DNA of 64,000 bases from Ilyomonas sp. (GCA_965247435.1 OZ252019.1:5009586-5073585); one strand, 5' to 3'. Shown: positions 10,489 to 21,333, counted from the first letter of the stretch. The notes: generated by a model not told the origin, from the sequence alone. Numbers and translations are program-made.

Positions 10489-10522
10489 CGCTTTGCTGAA
10501 GCGTCCTTTTTACAATAATTAT
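10489..10522. terminator. Bidirectional intrinsic terminator (AAAAAAGGACGCTT-TGCTG-AAGCGTCCTTTTT)
   Basis: Perfect 10-bp stem with A- and T-runs, directly downstream of the minus-strand gene 10539..10757. Confidence 0.6.
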
Positions 10523-10538
10523 TTTCACTTATTCCTGA

Positions 10539-10757
10539 TTATATTTCCGCCTGCGGCTTATTCACCAGCGCGTCGTTACGGTTAGCATCCTGGTCTGCCG
10601 TCTTTTCCTGAGGTACAGAGGGCTTGCCACCGGTTGGTTTTTTACTATGATTTGACTTTGGCTGGTGCTGATCATCTGCAATAAATCCCTCATTGCTCTG
10701 GTTGCCGGCGCCCTGGCCCGAAGTTCCCTTTTTGTTGTTATCTCCACGTCCTGACAT
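10539..10757 (-). CDS. Small, highly disordered Gly/Lys/Gln-rich protein (72 aa), possibly stress-related
   Basis: ORF with its own terminator. Composition recalls KGG/CsbD-type small stress proteins, with no firm motif. Confidence 0.4.
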   Translation of the reverse strand: MSGRGDNNKKGTSGQGAGNQSNEGFIADDQHQPKSNHSKKPTGGKPSVPQEKTADQDANRNDALVNKPQAEI

Positions 10758-10869
10758 ATTAGTGCTGTTTTATAGGTTTGATAAATAGGTTATCCAATAA
10801 AGATTACAGTAATTATGCCATCCGGGCAGTATTTTTTAACGGGTAAAAAGAAAACTTTCAAACAAATAA

Positions 10870-12690
10870 TTACGCCATAGCCGGTGCTGCTGCCGGTGCA
10901 GGTGCTGCCACAGGCGTTGGCGCTGCCGCATATTTACGCTCGCCAATCTGCTGGCGCCACATCGCATAGTACAATCCCTTTTCGCTTACCAGTTCGCTGT
11001 GCGTGCCGGTCTCGGCAATGCGGCCTTTCTCCAGTACATAAATCATGTCGGCGTGCATAATAGTACTCAACCGGTGGGCAATTAAAACCGTTATCTGTTC
11101 GCGTTGGGCAGAAATGTTTTTGATGGTGGTTGTTATTTCTTCTTCGGTAATAGAGTCCAGCGCAGAAGTAGCTTCATCAAATATCAGGAGGCGCGGGTGG
11201 CGCAACAGGGAGCGTGCAATGCTGATGCGCTGCTTCTCGCCGCCGCTCAGTTTAAGGCCGCCTTCACCGATCATGGTCTCTAAGCCTTTTTCGGCGCGGG
11301 CAAGCAGGCCGTTACAGCTTGCCTGGTACAACACGTCCTGTATCTCTTTTTCGGTTGCAGCCGGATTTACAAACAGCAGGTTTTCTTTAATAGTACCGGA
11401 AAACAGTTGCGTATCCTGTGTTACAAACCCGATTTGCCCGCGCAGTTCATCAAAATCTATATCCTGCTCACGGATATTGTTATATAAAATGGTTCCTTCC
11501 TGCGGATGGTACAGGCCAACAAGCAATTTTACCAGTGTGCTTTTGCCGGCGCCGGACGGGCCCACAAAAGCAATGGTCTCGCCCTTTTTTACCCGGAAAT
11601 TGATATTTTCCAGGGCTTTAAAATGGGCCGTCTGGTGCTTGAAGGAAACATTGTTGAACTGCAAGGTTTCTACAAGGCCGGCGTGTTGCGGAATTGCAGG
11701 CTTTGCCTCCACAGGCCGCTGTATAAGCGATTGAAAATTGTTGAGCGATGCTTCTGCCTCGCGGTAGGTAATAATGATATTGCCGATTTCCTGCAACGGG
11801 CTAAACACGAAGAAGGAAAAGAATTGCATCGTTACCAGTTGGCTGGCATCCATTATCCGGTGAAAAATAAGCCACATGAGAATAAAGAGGATTGCCTGCC
11901 GCAGCGTATTAACCATAGTGCCTTGTATAAACGAAATACTGCGGATGCGTTTTACCTTGGTTAATTCCAGCCCCAGAATTTTATACGTGTTCTTGTTCAG
12001 GCGCTCTACTTCCTGCTGGGTAAGGCCAAGGCTCTTTACCAGTTCGATATTGCGCAGCGACTCGGTAGAAGCGCCGGCCAGCGCGTTGGTCTGTCCAACT
12101 ATGCTCTTCTGAATGTTTTTTACCTTTCGGCTCAGCACGCTGGTAGCCCAGGTAATGATAAAAATACCACCAAAATAAACCAGGGGCAGCGACCAGTGAA
12201 TGCGCAGCGAGTAAATAATGATGAACACAATGCCTACAATAATGCCGAACAGCACATTTACAAAACTGCTGATAAACCGCTCCGTATCGGTGCGCACTTT
12301 GGTAAGTGTGCTCAGCGTTTCGCCGCTGCGCTGGTCTTCAAAATCCTGGTAAGGAAGCTTCATCGCATGGCGCAGACCATCAGTAAACACCTTGGCACCA
12401 AACTTCTGCTGTATTACATTCATACAATAATCCTGGAAGTTTTTGGCAATGCGGCTCACCATTGCCACACCAATTGACTGCAGCAGCAGCCAGCCTACTG
12501 CCCAGCCAAAAACACCAAATGCGGGATATTTAAACTGCGCAGGGTTCTTTTTAAATTCGTAAGCAAGGTTGATGATTTTGCCAAAAATGATCGGGTCGAG
12601 CAGGGAAAAGCTGGTATTGATGGTGGCCAGCAGCAACGTAAGCGCCACCAGCCCTTTATAAGGCTTAAGATACTGATATAAAATTTTCAT
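10870..12690 (-). CDS. ABC transporter, fused permease/ATP-binding exporter (MsbA-like)
   Basis: Six-TM region, then Walker A (GPSGAGKST), signature (LSGGEKQR) and Walker B (LLIFDEATSALD). Start moved to MKILYQ. Unusual Ala/Pro-rich C-terminal tail (AAAPTPVAAPAPAAAPAMA). Confidence 0.85.
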   Translation of the reverse strand: MKILYQYLKPYKGLVALTLLLATINTSFSLLDPIIFGKIINLAYEFKKNPAQFKYPAFGVFGWAVGWLLLQSIGVAMVSRIAKNFQDYCMNVIQQKFGAKVFTDGLRHAMKLPYQDFEDQRSGETLSTLTKVRTDTERFISSFVNVLFGIIVGIVFIIIYSLRIHWSLPLVYFGGIFIITWATSVLSRKVKNIQKSIVGQTNALAGASTESLRNIELVKSLGLTQQEVERLNKNTYKILGLELTKVKRIRSISFIQGTMVNTLRQAILFILMWLIFHRIMDASQLVTMQFFSFFVFSPLQEIGNIIITYREAEASLNNFQSLIQRPVEAKPAIPQHAGLVETLQFNNVSFKHQTAHFKALENINFRVKKGETIAFVGPSGAGKSTLVKLLVGLYHPQEGTILYNNIREQDIDFDELRGQIGFVTQDTQLFSGTIKENLLFVNPAATEKEIQDVLYQASCNGLLARAEKGLETMIGEGGLKLSGGEKQRISIARSLLRHPRLLIFDEATSALDSITEEEITTTIKNISAQREQITVLIAHRLSTIMHADMIYVLEKGRIAETGTHSELVSEKGLYYAMWRQQIGERKYAAAPTPVAAPAPAAAPAMA

Positions 12691-12879
12691 GTAAGTATTT
12701 AAAAATGAAGAAAGCAAAAGTAGGCAGGAAGGAAGTATGCACAGTAATAGTTTGGTCATACTTGGGTTAAGAATAGGGAAAGCAAGACTTTTATACTGAA
12801 AAGGTTAGGTAAAGGCCTGGTAAAAAATATGCATCCGGGCGGATTTACACGTTCCGGCTTTTCGAAACGTGCATAACAG

Positions 12880-13127
12880 CATTTTTTAGCTGTTTCGGAT
12901 AATAAAAGCAGGCAGTAACGGAGCGCACATACCCGCAGGCTGTTTATTGCGTGAGGGATAGCAGCGGTTACCCCGCTGAGGCTTGTGTGCAGATGGCTTT
13001 GTGGCGGAGTAATAGCGGAAAGCCCGACCGACCGCCCGATATGTTTGAAGGTGATATTGAAAGATAAGATTGCAAACCGGAAAGCGGCGGGCGGGCACGC
13101 CCAACTGCGCTTCCGGTAATTTTTGTT
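12880..13127 (+). ncRNA. Candidate structured RNA (sRNA or 5' leader), GC-rich, ending in a strong terminator hairpin
   Basis: A roughly 250-nt GC-rich island in an otherwise AT-rich 475-nt intergenic region. Contains a local hairpin (CACGTT...AACGTG). Ends with CCGGAAAGCGGCGGGCGGGCACGCCCAACTGCGCTTCCGG + TAATTTTTGTT at 13077-13127. No upstream plus-strand CDS could use this terminator. Confidence 0.25.
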
Positions 13128-13235
13128 AATGGTTTTTTTAAATGATTTCCTAAAAGTGTTTTTAGTATTTAACCTGTCATATTTTTTGTGTTCCAAAAAG
13201 CGTTTTTATTAAAAAGCAATTAAAAAGACAGATAT

Positions 13236-13868
13236 ATGAAAAGAACAAGCGTATTACTGGCAGTAGCGGCCGGGCTGTGCCTGCTATCGGCCTGCCGTAA
13301 AGATGTGGTGAGTAATCTTACCAATGAAGAATCGCGCATTTATATTACCGATCACGATTCTACCGTAAATTTTACAGCGTATAAAACGTACAGCATTTCC
13401 GATTCGGTGGCAGTGATTGATGGCAACCAGAGCGCCAAGCAGTTAGACGCGGCGGATGCGGCTTATATAACGGCCGTAAAAAAGTACATGGATGCGCTGG
13501 GCTATACGCAGGTAAGCAAAAATGCAAATCCCGATTTGGGTGTGGACATCAGCCATATCGTTAACACCACTTCCGGCGTGGTAAGCTATCCGGATTACTG
13601 GGGCTACTACGACAGCTATTACGATCCGTATTACTGGGGCTACGGTGGTTATGATTATTATGTGCCGTACTCGTACGATGTATATACCGTACGCGAAGGC
13701 GCCCTGGCGATAGATTTATTAGACCTGAAAAATGCAGCGGCTTCCAACAAAATCAACCTTGTATGGACCGGCATGATCCGTGGTGAAGAAATATTTAACG
13801 CGGCTACCGCCGATAGCCAGGTGAAAGCATTATTCGACCAATCTTCTTATTTAAAAACAAATCAATAA
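13236..13868 (+). CDS. Lipoprotein (DUF4136-like), Tyr/Asp-rich
   Basis: Signal peptide with LLSAC lipobox. Confidence 0.55.
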   Translation: MKRTSVLLAVAAGLCLLSACRKDVVSNLTNEESRIYITDHDSTVNFTAYKTYSISDSVAVIDGNQSAKQLDAADAAYITAVKKYMDALGYTQVSKNANPDLGVDISHIVNTTSGVVSYPDYWGYYDSYYDPYYWGYGGYDYYVPYSYDVYTVREGALAIDLLDLKNAAASNKINLVWTGMIRGEEIFNAATADSQVKALFDQSSYLKTNQ

Positions 13869-13873
13869 TTTGT

Positions 13874-14503
13874 ATGAAACACGTTAGAAATATAGTAGCA
13901 GCGGCAGTATTGGTGATGGCGGGCACTTTTGCAGGCCATGCACAGTCGGGACAATTAAAGTTAGACCTGAATTACAACTACAGCCTGCCGCTGGGCAGCT
14001 TCAAAAGTGACCTGATTAATAAAGGCAGCGGCCGTGGGTTTACCGGCTCGCTGCAGTACGGCATCAATAATAAATGGGCGGCAGGCCTTGGCGCCGGCTA
14101 CCAGGATTATTACCAGAAGTATCCGCGCACGTTATATCCGCTGGATAAAACACAAACTGTATCGGCTGTCTTAACCAATTCCATCGAAATATCGCCGTTT
14201 GTAGCCAAAGCTACTTATACGCCGCTTGGTGGTAAAGGATTGGTGCAGCCGTACCTTACCGCCGGCGCCGGCGCCGGTTTTGTAAGCTTTAAGCAGTATC
14301 TGGGCGAGTTTAGCTCTACGGACAAAAGCAGCACTAACTTTATTGCGCAGGGTGGTGCGGGTGTAATGATACCCTTTGGCAAGCTCAGTTCTTCCGGGTT
14401 GCAGGTAGGAGCTGATTATAATTATGTACCTTATAAAAACTTTGGGTACAACAATCTTAGTTCTGTAAATTTTCATGCAGGCGTATTTTTCCCGCTTCGT
14501 TAA
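13874..14503 (+). CDS. Outer-membrane beta-barrel (OmpW/porin-like) protein
   Basis: Signal peptide, alternating amphipathic strands and an aromatic C-terminus (HAGVFFPLR). Lies 6 nt after the lipoprotein gene. Confidence 0.55.
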   Translation: MKHVRNIVAAAVLVMAGTFAGHAQSGQLKLDLNYNYSLPLGSFKSDLINKGSGRGFTGSLQYGINNKWAAGLGAGYQDYYQKYPRTLYPLDKTQTVSAVLTNSIEISPFVAKATYTPLGGKGLVQPYLTAGAGAGFVSFKQYLGEFSSTDKSSTNFIAQGGAGVMIPFGKLSSSGLQVGADYNYVPYKNFGYNNLSSVNFHAGVFFPLR

Positions 14504-14518
14504 GGCATACATTATTGT

Positions 14519-14560
14519 ACAAAAAAGCCTTCCTGATATCAGGAAGGCTTTTGTTTTTGT
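14519..14560. terminator. Bidirectional terminator (AAGCCTTCCTGATATCAGGAAGGCTT, A/T flanks)
   Basis: Perfect 11-bp stem with T-run, downstream of the OMP gene. Confidence 0.6.
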
Positions 14561-14596
14561 ATAATAATGCGCTTTAAAGTTGCACTGCGCTACATA

Positions 14597-14637
14597 ATAA
14601 ACGCTGACAGGGTTTAGAACCCTGTCAGCGTTTATTA
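14597..14637. terminator. Terminator hairpin (AATAAACGCTGACAGGG-TTTAGAA-CCCTGTCAGCGTTTATT) for the radical-SAM gene
   Basis: Perfect 17-bp inverted repeat overlapping the stop codon of the minus-strand gene. Confidence 0.55.
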
Positions 14638-15759
14638 ATAATCAATCACCTGCTCTTCTATCAATTCCGGAATTTTCCGCCATTCGTATTGCTGGTTGCG
14701 GAGCTGCGGCTCAAAGCCCGCCTCCCGGATAGCGCTCTGTATGGTTTTAAAAGTAAAGCGATGCGGTGCACCGGCAGCGCTTACTACATTTTCTTCTATC
14801 ATAATGCTACCCCAATCATTAGCCCCGGCATTCAAACATAACTGCGCCGTTTGCCTGCCTACGGTAAGCCAGCTCGCCTGTACATTCAGCACATTCGGCA
14901 ACATTATACGGCTAAGCGCAATCATACGGAGGTATTCTTCGGCAGTTGTAAGGTTGTGAACGCCCCGGATACGGGTAAGCAGGGTATCCACATCCTGGAA
15001 TGTCCAGGGGATAAAAGCGAGGAAACCTTTAGCGCCTGCAGGTTTAAGCGCTTGTACTTCGCGCAGGCGCGCCAAGTGAATAAAGCGTTCTTCGATGGTT
15101 TCCACATGGCCAAACATCATGGTTGCGCTGGTAGTAATGTTAAGTTTATGGGCTTCCTGCATAATAGCCAGCCACTCGTCAGCCCCGCATTTTCCTTTGC
15201 TTATGAGGCGGCGTACACGGTCAACTAATATTTCGGCACCGGCGCCCGGCAAAGAATTAAGGCCTGCTGCCTGTAATTCTTTCAGCACGTCGTGGTGGCT
15301 CATTTTCTCCAGTTTGCAAATGTGGGCTACTTCCGGCGGGCCAAGCGCATGCAGCTTGAGCGTTGGAAATTCCTGCTTTATCTGCCGGAATGTTTTGGTA
15401 TAAAAATCCAATCCTAATCCCGGGTGGTGACCGCCCTGCAGCAGTAATTGGTCGCCGCCATATTTAAAAGTCTCCTTAATCTTACGGCGGTAGGTGTCCA
15501 TATCGGTGATGTAAGCGTCGGCATGGCCGGGAATACGGTAAAAATTGCAAAACTTACAATTGGCAATGCACACATTGGTTGTGTTTACATTGCGATCTAT
15601 CTGCCAGGTAACTTTGCCATGCGGCACCTGCCGCTTACGAATGGTATCGGCAACCTGCATCAGTTCTGCAACCGGCGCCTGGTGAAATAAAAAAACACTT
15701 TCTTCTATAGTAAGAAATTCTAAGTTCAGGGCTTTATCATATAGTGCTGCTGTATCCAT
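14635..15759 (-). CDS. Radical SAM enzyme of the MqnC/MqnE/CofH family (futalosine-pathway menaquinone synthesis likely)
   Basis: CIANCKFCNF CxxxCxxC motif and the C-terminal CofH/MqnC-like region. Assignment to MqnC versus MqnE is not possible by eye. Confidence 0.7.
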   Translation of the reverse strand: MDTAALYDKALNLEFLTIEESVFLFHQAPVAELMQVADTIRKRQVPHGKVTWQIDRNVNTTNVCIANCKFCNFYRIPGHADAYITDMDTYRRKIKETFKYGGDQLLLQGGHHPGLGLDFYTKTFRQIKQEFPTLKLHALGPPEVAHICKLEKMSHHDVLKELQAAGLNSLPGAGAEILVDRVRRLISKGKCGADEWLAIMQEAHKLNITTSATMMFGHVETIEERFIHLARLREVQALKPAGAKGFLAFIPWTFQDVDTLLTRIRGVHNLTTAEEYLRMIALSRIMLPNVLNVQASWLTVGRQTAQLCLNAGANDWGSIMIEENVVSAAGAPHRFTFKTIQSAIREAGFEPQLRNQQYEWRKIPELIEEQVIDY

Positions 15760-16109
15760 CTTTCTTTCATTTACAAGCGCAAAAGTACACCTGTATCAGG
15801 GAATACCGGTGCAGACAGATAATGCCGGGTGTTATTCATTTCAGAAATTACCTATACCTGAATAATTGATGAAAAAATATATTGTGCTTATTTAATACTT
15901 AGAAGTATCCGTTATCAACAAACGCCGGCCTTGTTAATGATCCGGGGCAAACTTTAACACCTGTACCTTGGTACAATCCTTTTTTTGGGTTTAATTTCGT
16001 CTGTATCCAATGCATGTTAAGTATTGTTTATTTCTGTATTTCTACAGAAATGTTTAATTTAATTTTTTAAAGTTTCCCCTTTCAGATAAGCGGACAGAGA
16101 TTTTTAATT

Positions 16110-18389
16110 ATGGCAACAGTCACTAAAAAAACTGGAAAAGCCCGGGCAGCTAAAAAAAGTCCATCACCGGCAGCTAATGCAGCAGCCACCCTCAGCAATT
16201 TTGATATTCACACACACCTGCACACCAATTTTGGTTTTGAAACATTTAAAGGCTTGCAGGAAGAGGCGATTAATAGTTTACTAAGTGGTAAAGATACATT
16301 TGTGATTATGCCTACGGGCGGCGGTAAAAGTCTTTGCTATCAGCTACCAGCGTTAATGCTGGATGGTTGCACTATTATCGTAAGCCCGTTAATAGCCCTG
16401 ATGAAGAACCAGGTGGATCTGGTGCGTGGTTATAGTGAGAATGATAATGTAGCTCACTTTCTCAACTCCTCTCTTAATAAAGGACAAATAAACCAGGTTA
16501 AGGCCGATTTGCTGGACGGCAAAACCAAACTGCTGTATGTAGCCCCGGAAACATTGACCAAACAGGAAAACCTTGACTTTTTTAAAGATTTGAAAATATC
16601 CTTCTTTGCGGTGGACGAAGCGCATTGTATTTCGGAATGGGGACATGATTTCCGGCCCGAATATCGCCGGCTGCGCGAAATGATGGATATTATTAATCCT
16701 GCAATTCCTGTTGTTGCCTTAACGGCTACTGCTACGCCTAAAGTGCAGAGCGATATTGTAAAAAACCTCGATCTGCGCGATCCTAACATATATATTTCTT
16801 CCTTTAACCGCCCGAATCTGTATTACGAGATCGTGCCTAAAGTAAAGAAGGAACAGACTATAAAAAGTATTGTTCGCTTTATTACCCAGATGAAAAATAA
16901 GAGCGGCATTATTTATACTTTAAACAGGAAAACAACAGAAGAACTGGCTGAAATATTAGTAGCCAATGGCATCAAGGCAGTGGCTTATCATGCTGGTTTG
17001 GATGCTAAATTGCGCGCCGACCGGCAAGACCAGTTTTTGAATGAGGATGTGCAGGTAATTGTAGCAACGATTGCCTTTGGAATGGGTATAGACAAGCCGG
17101 ATATCCGCTTTGTAATTCATTTTAATATTCCTAAGTCTATTGAAAATTATTACCAGGAAACCGGGCGTGCCGGCAGAGATGGTCTGGAAGGAAAATGCCT
17201 TTTGTATTATTCTCACAAAGACGTATCTAAATTAGAACACCTGATGCGCGATAAGCCCCTGAGCGAGCGGGAAGTAGGGGCACAATTGATCAATGAAACG
17301 CTGGCATTTGCCGAAACTTCGGTTTGCCGCCGCAAAGTGCTGATGCACTATTTTGGAGAAGACTGGACTACCGAAAATTGCGGCAACTGCGATAACTGCC
17401 TGCATCCGAAAGAAAAGATAGAAGCCAAAGAGGAAGCGTGCAAGGTGCTGAAAGTGGTAAAAGCATTGGATGAACGTTTTCCTGCCGATTATGCCGTTGC
17501 AATTTTACTGGGCAGGCAAACTGCACAAGTGGGCATGTATCGCCACGAAAAGTTGGACGTATTTGGCATTGGCAAAGATAAAGACGATCATTTCTGGAAC
17601 AGCCTGATACGCCAGTTGTTATTAGCCAACCTGATACGCAAAGACATTGAAGAGTATGGCTTGCTAAAGTTTACGGAAGCCGGCGAAAAGTTTCTGAAGA
17701 AATCGCATTCTTTTAAAATTGTGCTTAACAACCTTTTTGAAGATGCCAATGAGGATGATGAAGAATCGGAAGGCGCTAATGCAACCAGTATTGCAACAGA
17801 CGAAAAGCTATTTGAGATGCTGAAAGATATAAGGCAAAAAGAGGCTAAGAAAAAAGGATTACCGCCTTTTGTTGTATTTCTGGAAAGCTCACTGATAGAC
17901 ATGGCTACTATGTACCCGACAACAATGGCAGAATTGGAGAAATGCCAGGGCGTAAGCAAGGGTAAAGCTGTGCGTTATGGCAGACCGTTTATTGATTTGA
18001 TTGCTAACTATGTAGAAACCAATGATATAGAGAAGCCGGATGACTTTGTGATGAAGAGCGTTGCAAATAAAAGCAGTAATAAAATATATATCATTCAGAA
18101 CGTAGATAAAAAAATACCACTCGAAACAATTGCCCGTAACAAGGATTTGCGCTTAGATTCATTATTGGAAGAAATGGAAACCATTGTGGCAAGCGGCACC
18201 AGGCTTAACCTTAATTATGCCATCGAAGACATGTTGGATGAAGATGACCAGGATGAGATCATTGACTATTTCCGCAGTTGTGAAACCTCCTCTTTACAGG
18301 TAGCGCAGGAAGAACTTGCTGATAGTAATTACAACTGGGAGCAGTTAAAAATTATGAGAATTAAGTTTATTAGTGAATACGGCAATTAG
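16110..18389 (+). CDS. recQ: ATP-dependent DNA helicase RecQ (with RQC/HRDC and an extra C-terminal domain)
   Basis: Helicase motifs ([36 protein letters not shown]), a zinc-binding Cys cluster and an HRDC-like region. Confidence 0.9.
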   Translation: MATVTKKTGKARAAKKSPSPAANAAATLSNFDIHTHLHTNFGFETFKGLQEEAINSLLSGKDTFVIMPTGGGKSLCYQLPALMLDGCTIIVSPLIALMKNQVDLVRGYSENDNVAHFLNSSLNKGQINQVKADLLDGKTKLLYVAPETLTKQENLDFFKDLKISFFAVDEAHCISEWGHDFRPEYRRLREMMDIINPAIPVVALTATATPKVQSDIVKNLDLRDPNIYISSFNRPNLYYEIVPKVKKEQTIKSIVRFITQMKNKSGIIYTLNRKTTEELAEILVANGIKAVAYHAGLDAKLRADRQDQFLNEDVQVIVATIAFGMGIDKPDIRFVIHFNIPKSIENYYQETGRAGRDGLEGKCLLYYSHKDVSKLEHLMRDKPLSEREVGAQLINETLAFAETSVCRRKVLMHYFGEDWTTENCGNCDNCLHPKEKIEAKEEACKVLKVVKALDERFPADYAVAILLGRQTAQVGMYRHEKLDVFGIGKDKDDHFWNSLIRQLLLANLIRKDIEEYGLLKFTEAGEKFLKKSHSFKIVLNNLFEDANEDDEESEGANATSIATDEKLFEMLKDIRQKEAKKKGLPPFVVFLESSLIDMATMYPTTMAELEKCQGVSKGKAVRYGRPFIDLIANYVETNDIEKPDDFVMKSVANKSSNKIYIIQNVDKKIPLETIARNKDLRLDSLLEEMETIVASGTRLNLNYAIEDMLDEDDQDEIIDYFRSCETSSLQVAQEELADSNYNWEQLKIMRIKFISEYGN

Positions 18390-18416
18390 AACCAGCCTGT
18401 AAGAGCATTTTAAAAA

Positions 18417-18458
18417 GAAGACCCGTTTTGCAGGCAAAGCGGGTTTTCTTTTTTTTAT
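18417..18458 (+). terminator. Intrinsic terminator after recQ (GACCCG...CGGGTT + T-run)
   Basis: Stem-loop followed by TTTTCTTTTTTTT. Confidence 0.55.
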
Positions 18459-18504
18459 CTGTGGAATTTTTAAATGGTAGCTTCTTATTAATAAACCACC
18501 ATTT

Positions 18505-19014
18505 ATGGCAGACGTACAAAGCAATCAGTTACCTGTAAGAAAAGGCGCTTCAGGAAATAAAAAACGATCAATCCGTATAGATTTAACGCCAATGGTTGAT
18601 TTAGGTTTCCTGTTAATTACATTTTTTATTTTTACAACCACACTTACTCAGCAAACCGCCTTAAAGCTTAGCCTGCCAAAAGACAACGGGGAAAGCAAGA
18701 CGGCTGCAAGCAAAACAATAAGCCTCCTGCTTTGTCAAAATAATATAGTAAAGTATTATACCGGAGATAACCCGGCTCTTATGCGCCTGACCAATTATTC
18801 TCCGGCCGGTATCAGAAATACCATTCAATTGCAACAACAGCGCGTAGCAAAACAGTTTGGCGATGCAGCAGAAACAGTAGTATTGATAAAGCCAACCGCA
18901 GTTTGCACTTACGAAAACGTTGTGAATGTTTTAGATGAAATGACTATAAACGATGTTAAGCGCTATATTTTGATGGATGCTAATGAAAAGGAACTAAATT
19001 TATTAAAACAGTAA
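18505..19014 (+). CDS. exbD: ExbD/TolR-family biopolymer transport protein (stand-alone)
   Basis: IRIDLTPMVDLGFLLITFFIF single-TM motif typical of ExbD. No exbB or tonB adjacent. Confidence 0.6.
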   Translation: MADVQSNQLPVRKGASGNKKRSIRIDLTPMVDLGFLLITFFIFTTTLTQQTALKLSLPKDNGESKTAASKTISLLLCQNNIVKYYTGDNPALMRLTNYSPAGIRNTIQLQQQRVAKQFGDAAETVVLIKPTAVCTYENVVNVLDEMTINDVKRYILMDANEKELNLLKQ

Positions 19015-19075
19015 TCTTTTCTTACCCAACCTTGAATTTTATTAATTTTCCTAACTCCTGATTAGCTGCTGTTGC

Positions 19076-19384
19076 TTGGCATACCGTTTGAATTTTAAAA
19101 GGATCTCCCAAATTTTTAAAATCTTTACTATGCTTGTGCATGAAACTGCATCTGCTGTTAATCATACTTATAATTACTTTGACATTGCTGCCAATTGCTC
19201 TGGCTTATTAATAGTAAAGATTTTAGACATTCAGGGTAAGATTGCAAAAACGATAAAAGAAACCTTGGAAGATGGCGCCTATAAATTTTCGGTAAATGTT
19301 GATGACCTGAAAACAGGAAAATATATAATTAATATATTTAACGATATTGGTTTTGTTAAGTCGGTACGATACACGAAGAGCTGA
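19076..19384 (+). pseudogene. Remnant of a T9SS C-terminal sorting domain (cargo domain absent)
   Basis: LLIVKILDIQGKIAKTIKE...GKYIINIF...VKSVRYTKS resembles only the last roughly 70 aa of Por_Secre_tail proteins. Followed by its own terminator. Confidence 0.35.
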
Positions 19385-19417
19385 CTCCCATTACATTATA
19401 ATAAAATCCAACGAAGG

Positions 19418-19450
19418 CACCCGCTCTGTAAGTGAGCGGGTTTTTTTATT
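19418..19450 (+). terminator. Intrinsic terminator (CACCCGCTC-TGTAAGT-GAGCGGGT + T7)
   Basis: Perfect stem plus T-run. Confidence 0.6.
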
Positions 19451-19506
19451 AAATAAGATATTACTTTTACCATCGTCCCTATTTAACCAGATTAAATACG
19501 CACTGC

Positions 19507-20760
19507 TTGATTTTAAAACGGCATATTCCTTTTCTTAAGGCTGTATTCTTACACAGTATTACTGCTTTTGGCGGACCACAAGGGCATTTTGGTATGATGC
19601 TTAAGACATTTGTACAGCAGCGCAAGGATGTAACAGAACAGGAATTAATAGAATATAATGCTTTCTGCCAGATGTTACCCGGCGCTTCTTCTACGCAGAT
19701 GCTTACCTTAATTGGTTACAAGCGGGGAGGCCTGCCTTTAGCGGTACTTACGTTAATCATCTGGATTTTACCGGCCTGCACTCTGATGAGTTTGTTGTCT
19801 TTTCTACTTAATTTAATTGATGATAAAGATATAAATATAAGTATTTTTCATTATATACAATCTATGGCTGTGGGATTCATTACTTTTTCAGCCTACCGGC
19901 TCTTTAAAATATCAGTTCGTAACACAATCACATTTGTTATTATGCTGGTGACCGCTGCACTAACGTTTTGGCTGTTCAGATCACCTTGGGTATTTCCCTG
20001 CTCTATTGTTGCAGCAGGTATTATCACCAACTTTAGCAACAAGCGGTTCCCGAACCGGAATGAGAAAAAGACTAAAATTAAATGGAGTAATCTTCTTATC
20101 TTTTTTTCCATCTTTATTTTAGCCGGATTTTTAAGCGAAACGGCAAGAAACCTGGAATGGAAAAATCGTGGCCCGTACAATTTGTTTGAAAACTGCTATC
20201 GCTTTGGCAGCATTGTATTTGGCGGAGGTGATGTATTGATGCCAATGATGTATGAGCAATATGTTACACGACCGCAAACACCTGTAGTAGCTAAAAAAAA
20301 TCCGAATGCATTACATCTTACCAAAGCTGAGTTTCTTACCGGCTCCGGAATGGTACGTGCTATCCCAGGTCCGGTATTTTCAATAGGTGCTTTTGTTGGA
20401 GGTATGGTATTAAGAAACAAAGGTTATTTTTACCAGTTCTTGGGTTGTATTATCGGTGCAACAGCTATTTTCTTACCAAGTGCATTGTTGGTGTTGTTCT
20501 TTTTCCCTGTATGGACATATCTAAAAAAGTACGTTATTATTTATCGTTCGCTGGAAGGTATTAATGCGGCTGTAGTCGGCATTATCAGTGGCGCAAGCTT
20601 TTATTTGCTAAAGGATATTTTTTTTAACACTTCCTGGCAGGTAGAGGACACCATACTCAACAGTTTTGTAATTATTGCTACGTTTTACCTGTTGTCTTTT
20701 ACACGTGTTAAAGCGCCGTTTATCGCGCTCGGCTGTTTGCTGTTAGGCTTTTTAGCATAG
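19507..20760 (+). CDS. chrA: Chromate transporter ChrA (duplicated CHR domain)
   Basis: Two tandem halves each with the FGGPQ.../[11 protein letters not shown] chromate-transporter motifs. Confidence 0.8.
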   Translation: MILKRHIPFLKAVFLHSITAFGGPQGHFGMMLKTFVQQRKDVTEQELIEYNAFCQMLPGASSTQMLTLIGYKRGGLPLAVLTLIIWILPACTLMSLLSFLLNLIDDKDINISIFHYIQSMAVGFITFSAYRLFKISVRNTITFVIMLVTAALTFWLFRSPWVFPCSIVAAGIITNFSNKRFPNRNEKKTKIKWSNLLIFFSIFILAGFLSETARNLEWKNRGPYNLFENCYRFGSIVFGGGDVLMPMMYEQYVTRPQTPVVAKKNPNALHLTKAEFLTGSGMVRAIPGPVFSIGAFVGGMVLRNKGYFYQFLGCIIGATAIFLPSALLVLFFFPVWTYLKKYVIIYRSLEGINAAVVGIISGASFYLLKDIFFNTSWQVEDTILNSFVIIATFYLLSFTRVKAPFIALGCLLLGFLA

Positions 20761-21333
20761 CTACAGATAATACCTGCTTTTTACAATTTCTTTATATACT
20801 TTCTCCGGTAACATATAACGGACACTTTTCTTTTCTTTAAGCTGGTTTCGAATTTGGGTTGCAGAGATATCCAGCATTGGTGTTCCTTTTAAAAGTACAA
20901 TATGGCCAATATCAGGTATTGTTGTGTTAAAGCCCGGCCGTTCATAAACTATAACTTTATATTTCGCTATCAATACCTCATAATTTTTCCATTTCGGCAA
21001 ATTCCGGTAACTGTCTGAGCCCATTATTATTTCAAATTCATGCTGCGGGTATTTCTCATGCAAGTAAGCAAGCGTATCAATTGTGTAGGAAGGCACTGGT
21101 AGTTTAAATTCAACATCACATATTTGAAAAGCCGGATTATCTTCTATTGCTAATTGCAGCAAGTAAAGCCGGTTATAGGCATTTAACAATGATTTAGAAG
21201 GCTTTAAAGGATTTTGTGGGGACAATACAAACCATACTTGTTCCACCGCTATATTATTATATACAAATTCGGCAATAATGAGGTGGCCGATATGAATGGG
21301 ATTAAACGAACCGAAATACAAAGCAATCTTCAT
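20761..21333 (-). CDS. nadD: Nicotinate-nucleotide adenylyltransferase
   Basis: N-terminal GSFNPIHIGH nucleotidyltransferase motif, about 190 aa. Confidence 0.85.
   Translation of the reverse strand: MKIALYFGSFNPIHIGHLIIAEFVYNNIAVEQVWFVLSPQNPLKPSKSLLNAYNRLYLLQLAIEDNPAFQICDVEFKLPVPSYTIDTLAYLHEKYPQHEFEIIMGSDSYRNLPKWKNYEVLIAKYKVIVYERPGFNTTIPDIGHIVLLKGTPMLDISATQIRNQLKEKKSVRYMLPEKVYKEIVKSRYYL

Noticed and set aside
11045-11964. Plus-strand ORFs of 229 aa and 152 aa
   Set aside because: Antisense to the ABC transporter CDS. No motifs.
12880-13130. Possible RNase P RNA, tmRNA or SRP RNA
   Set aside because: Conserved signatures are absent or only loosely approximated (GGAAAGCCCGACCGAC versus the GGAAAGUCCGGGCUCC P4 region; tmRNA resume codon/tag). 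Kept only as a generic structured-RNA candidate.
12756-13196. 146-aa minus-strand ORF in the ABC/lipoprotein spacer
   Set aside because: Low-complexity, spans the GC-rich structured segment. Better explained as a noncoding RNA or leader region.
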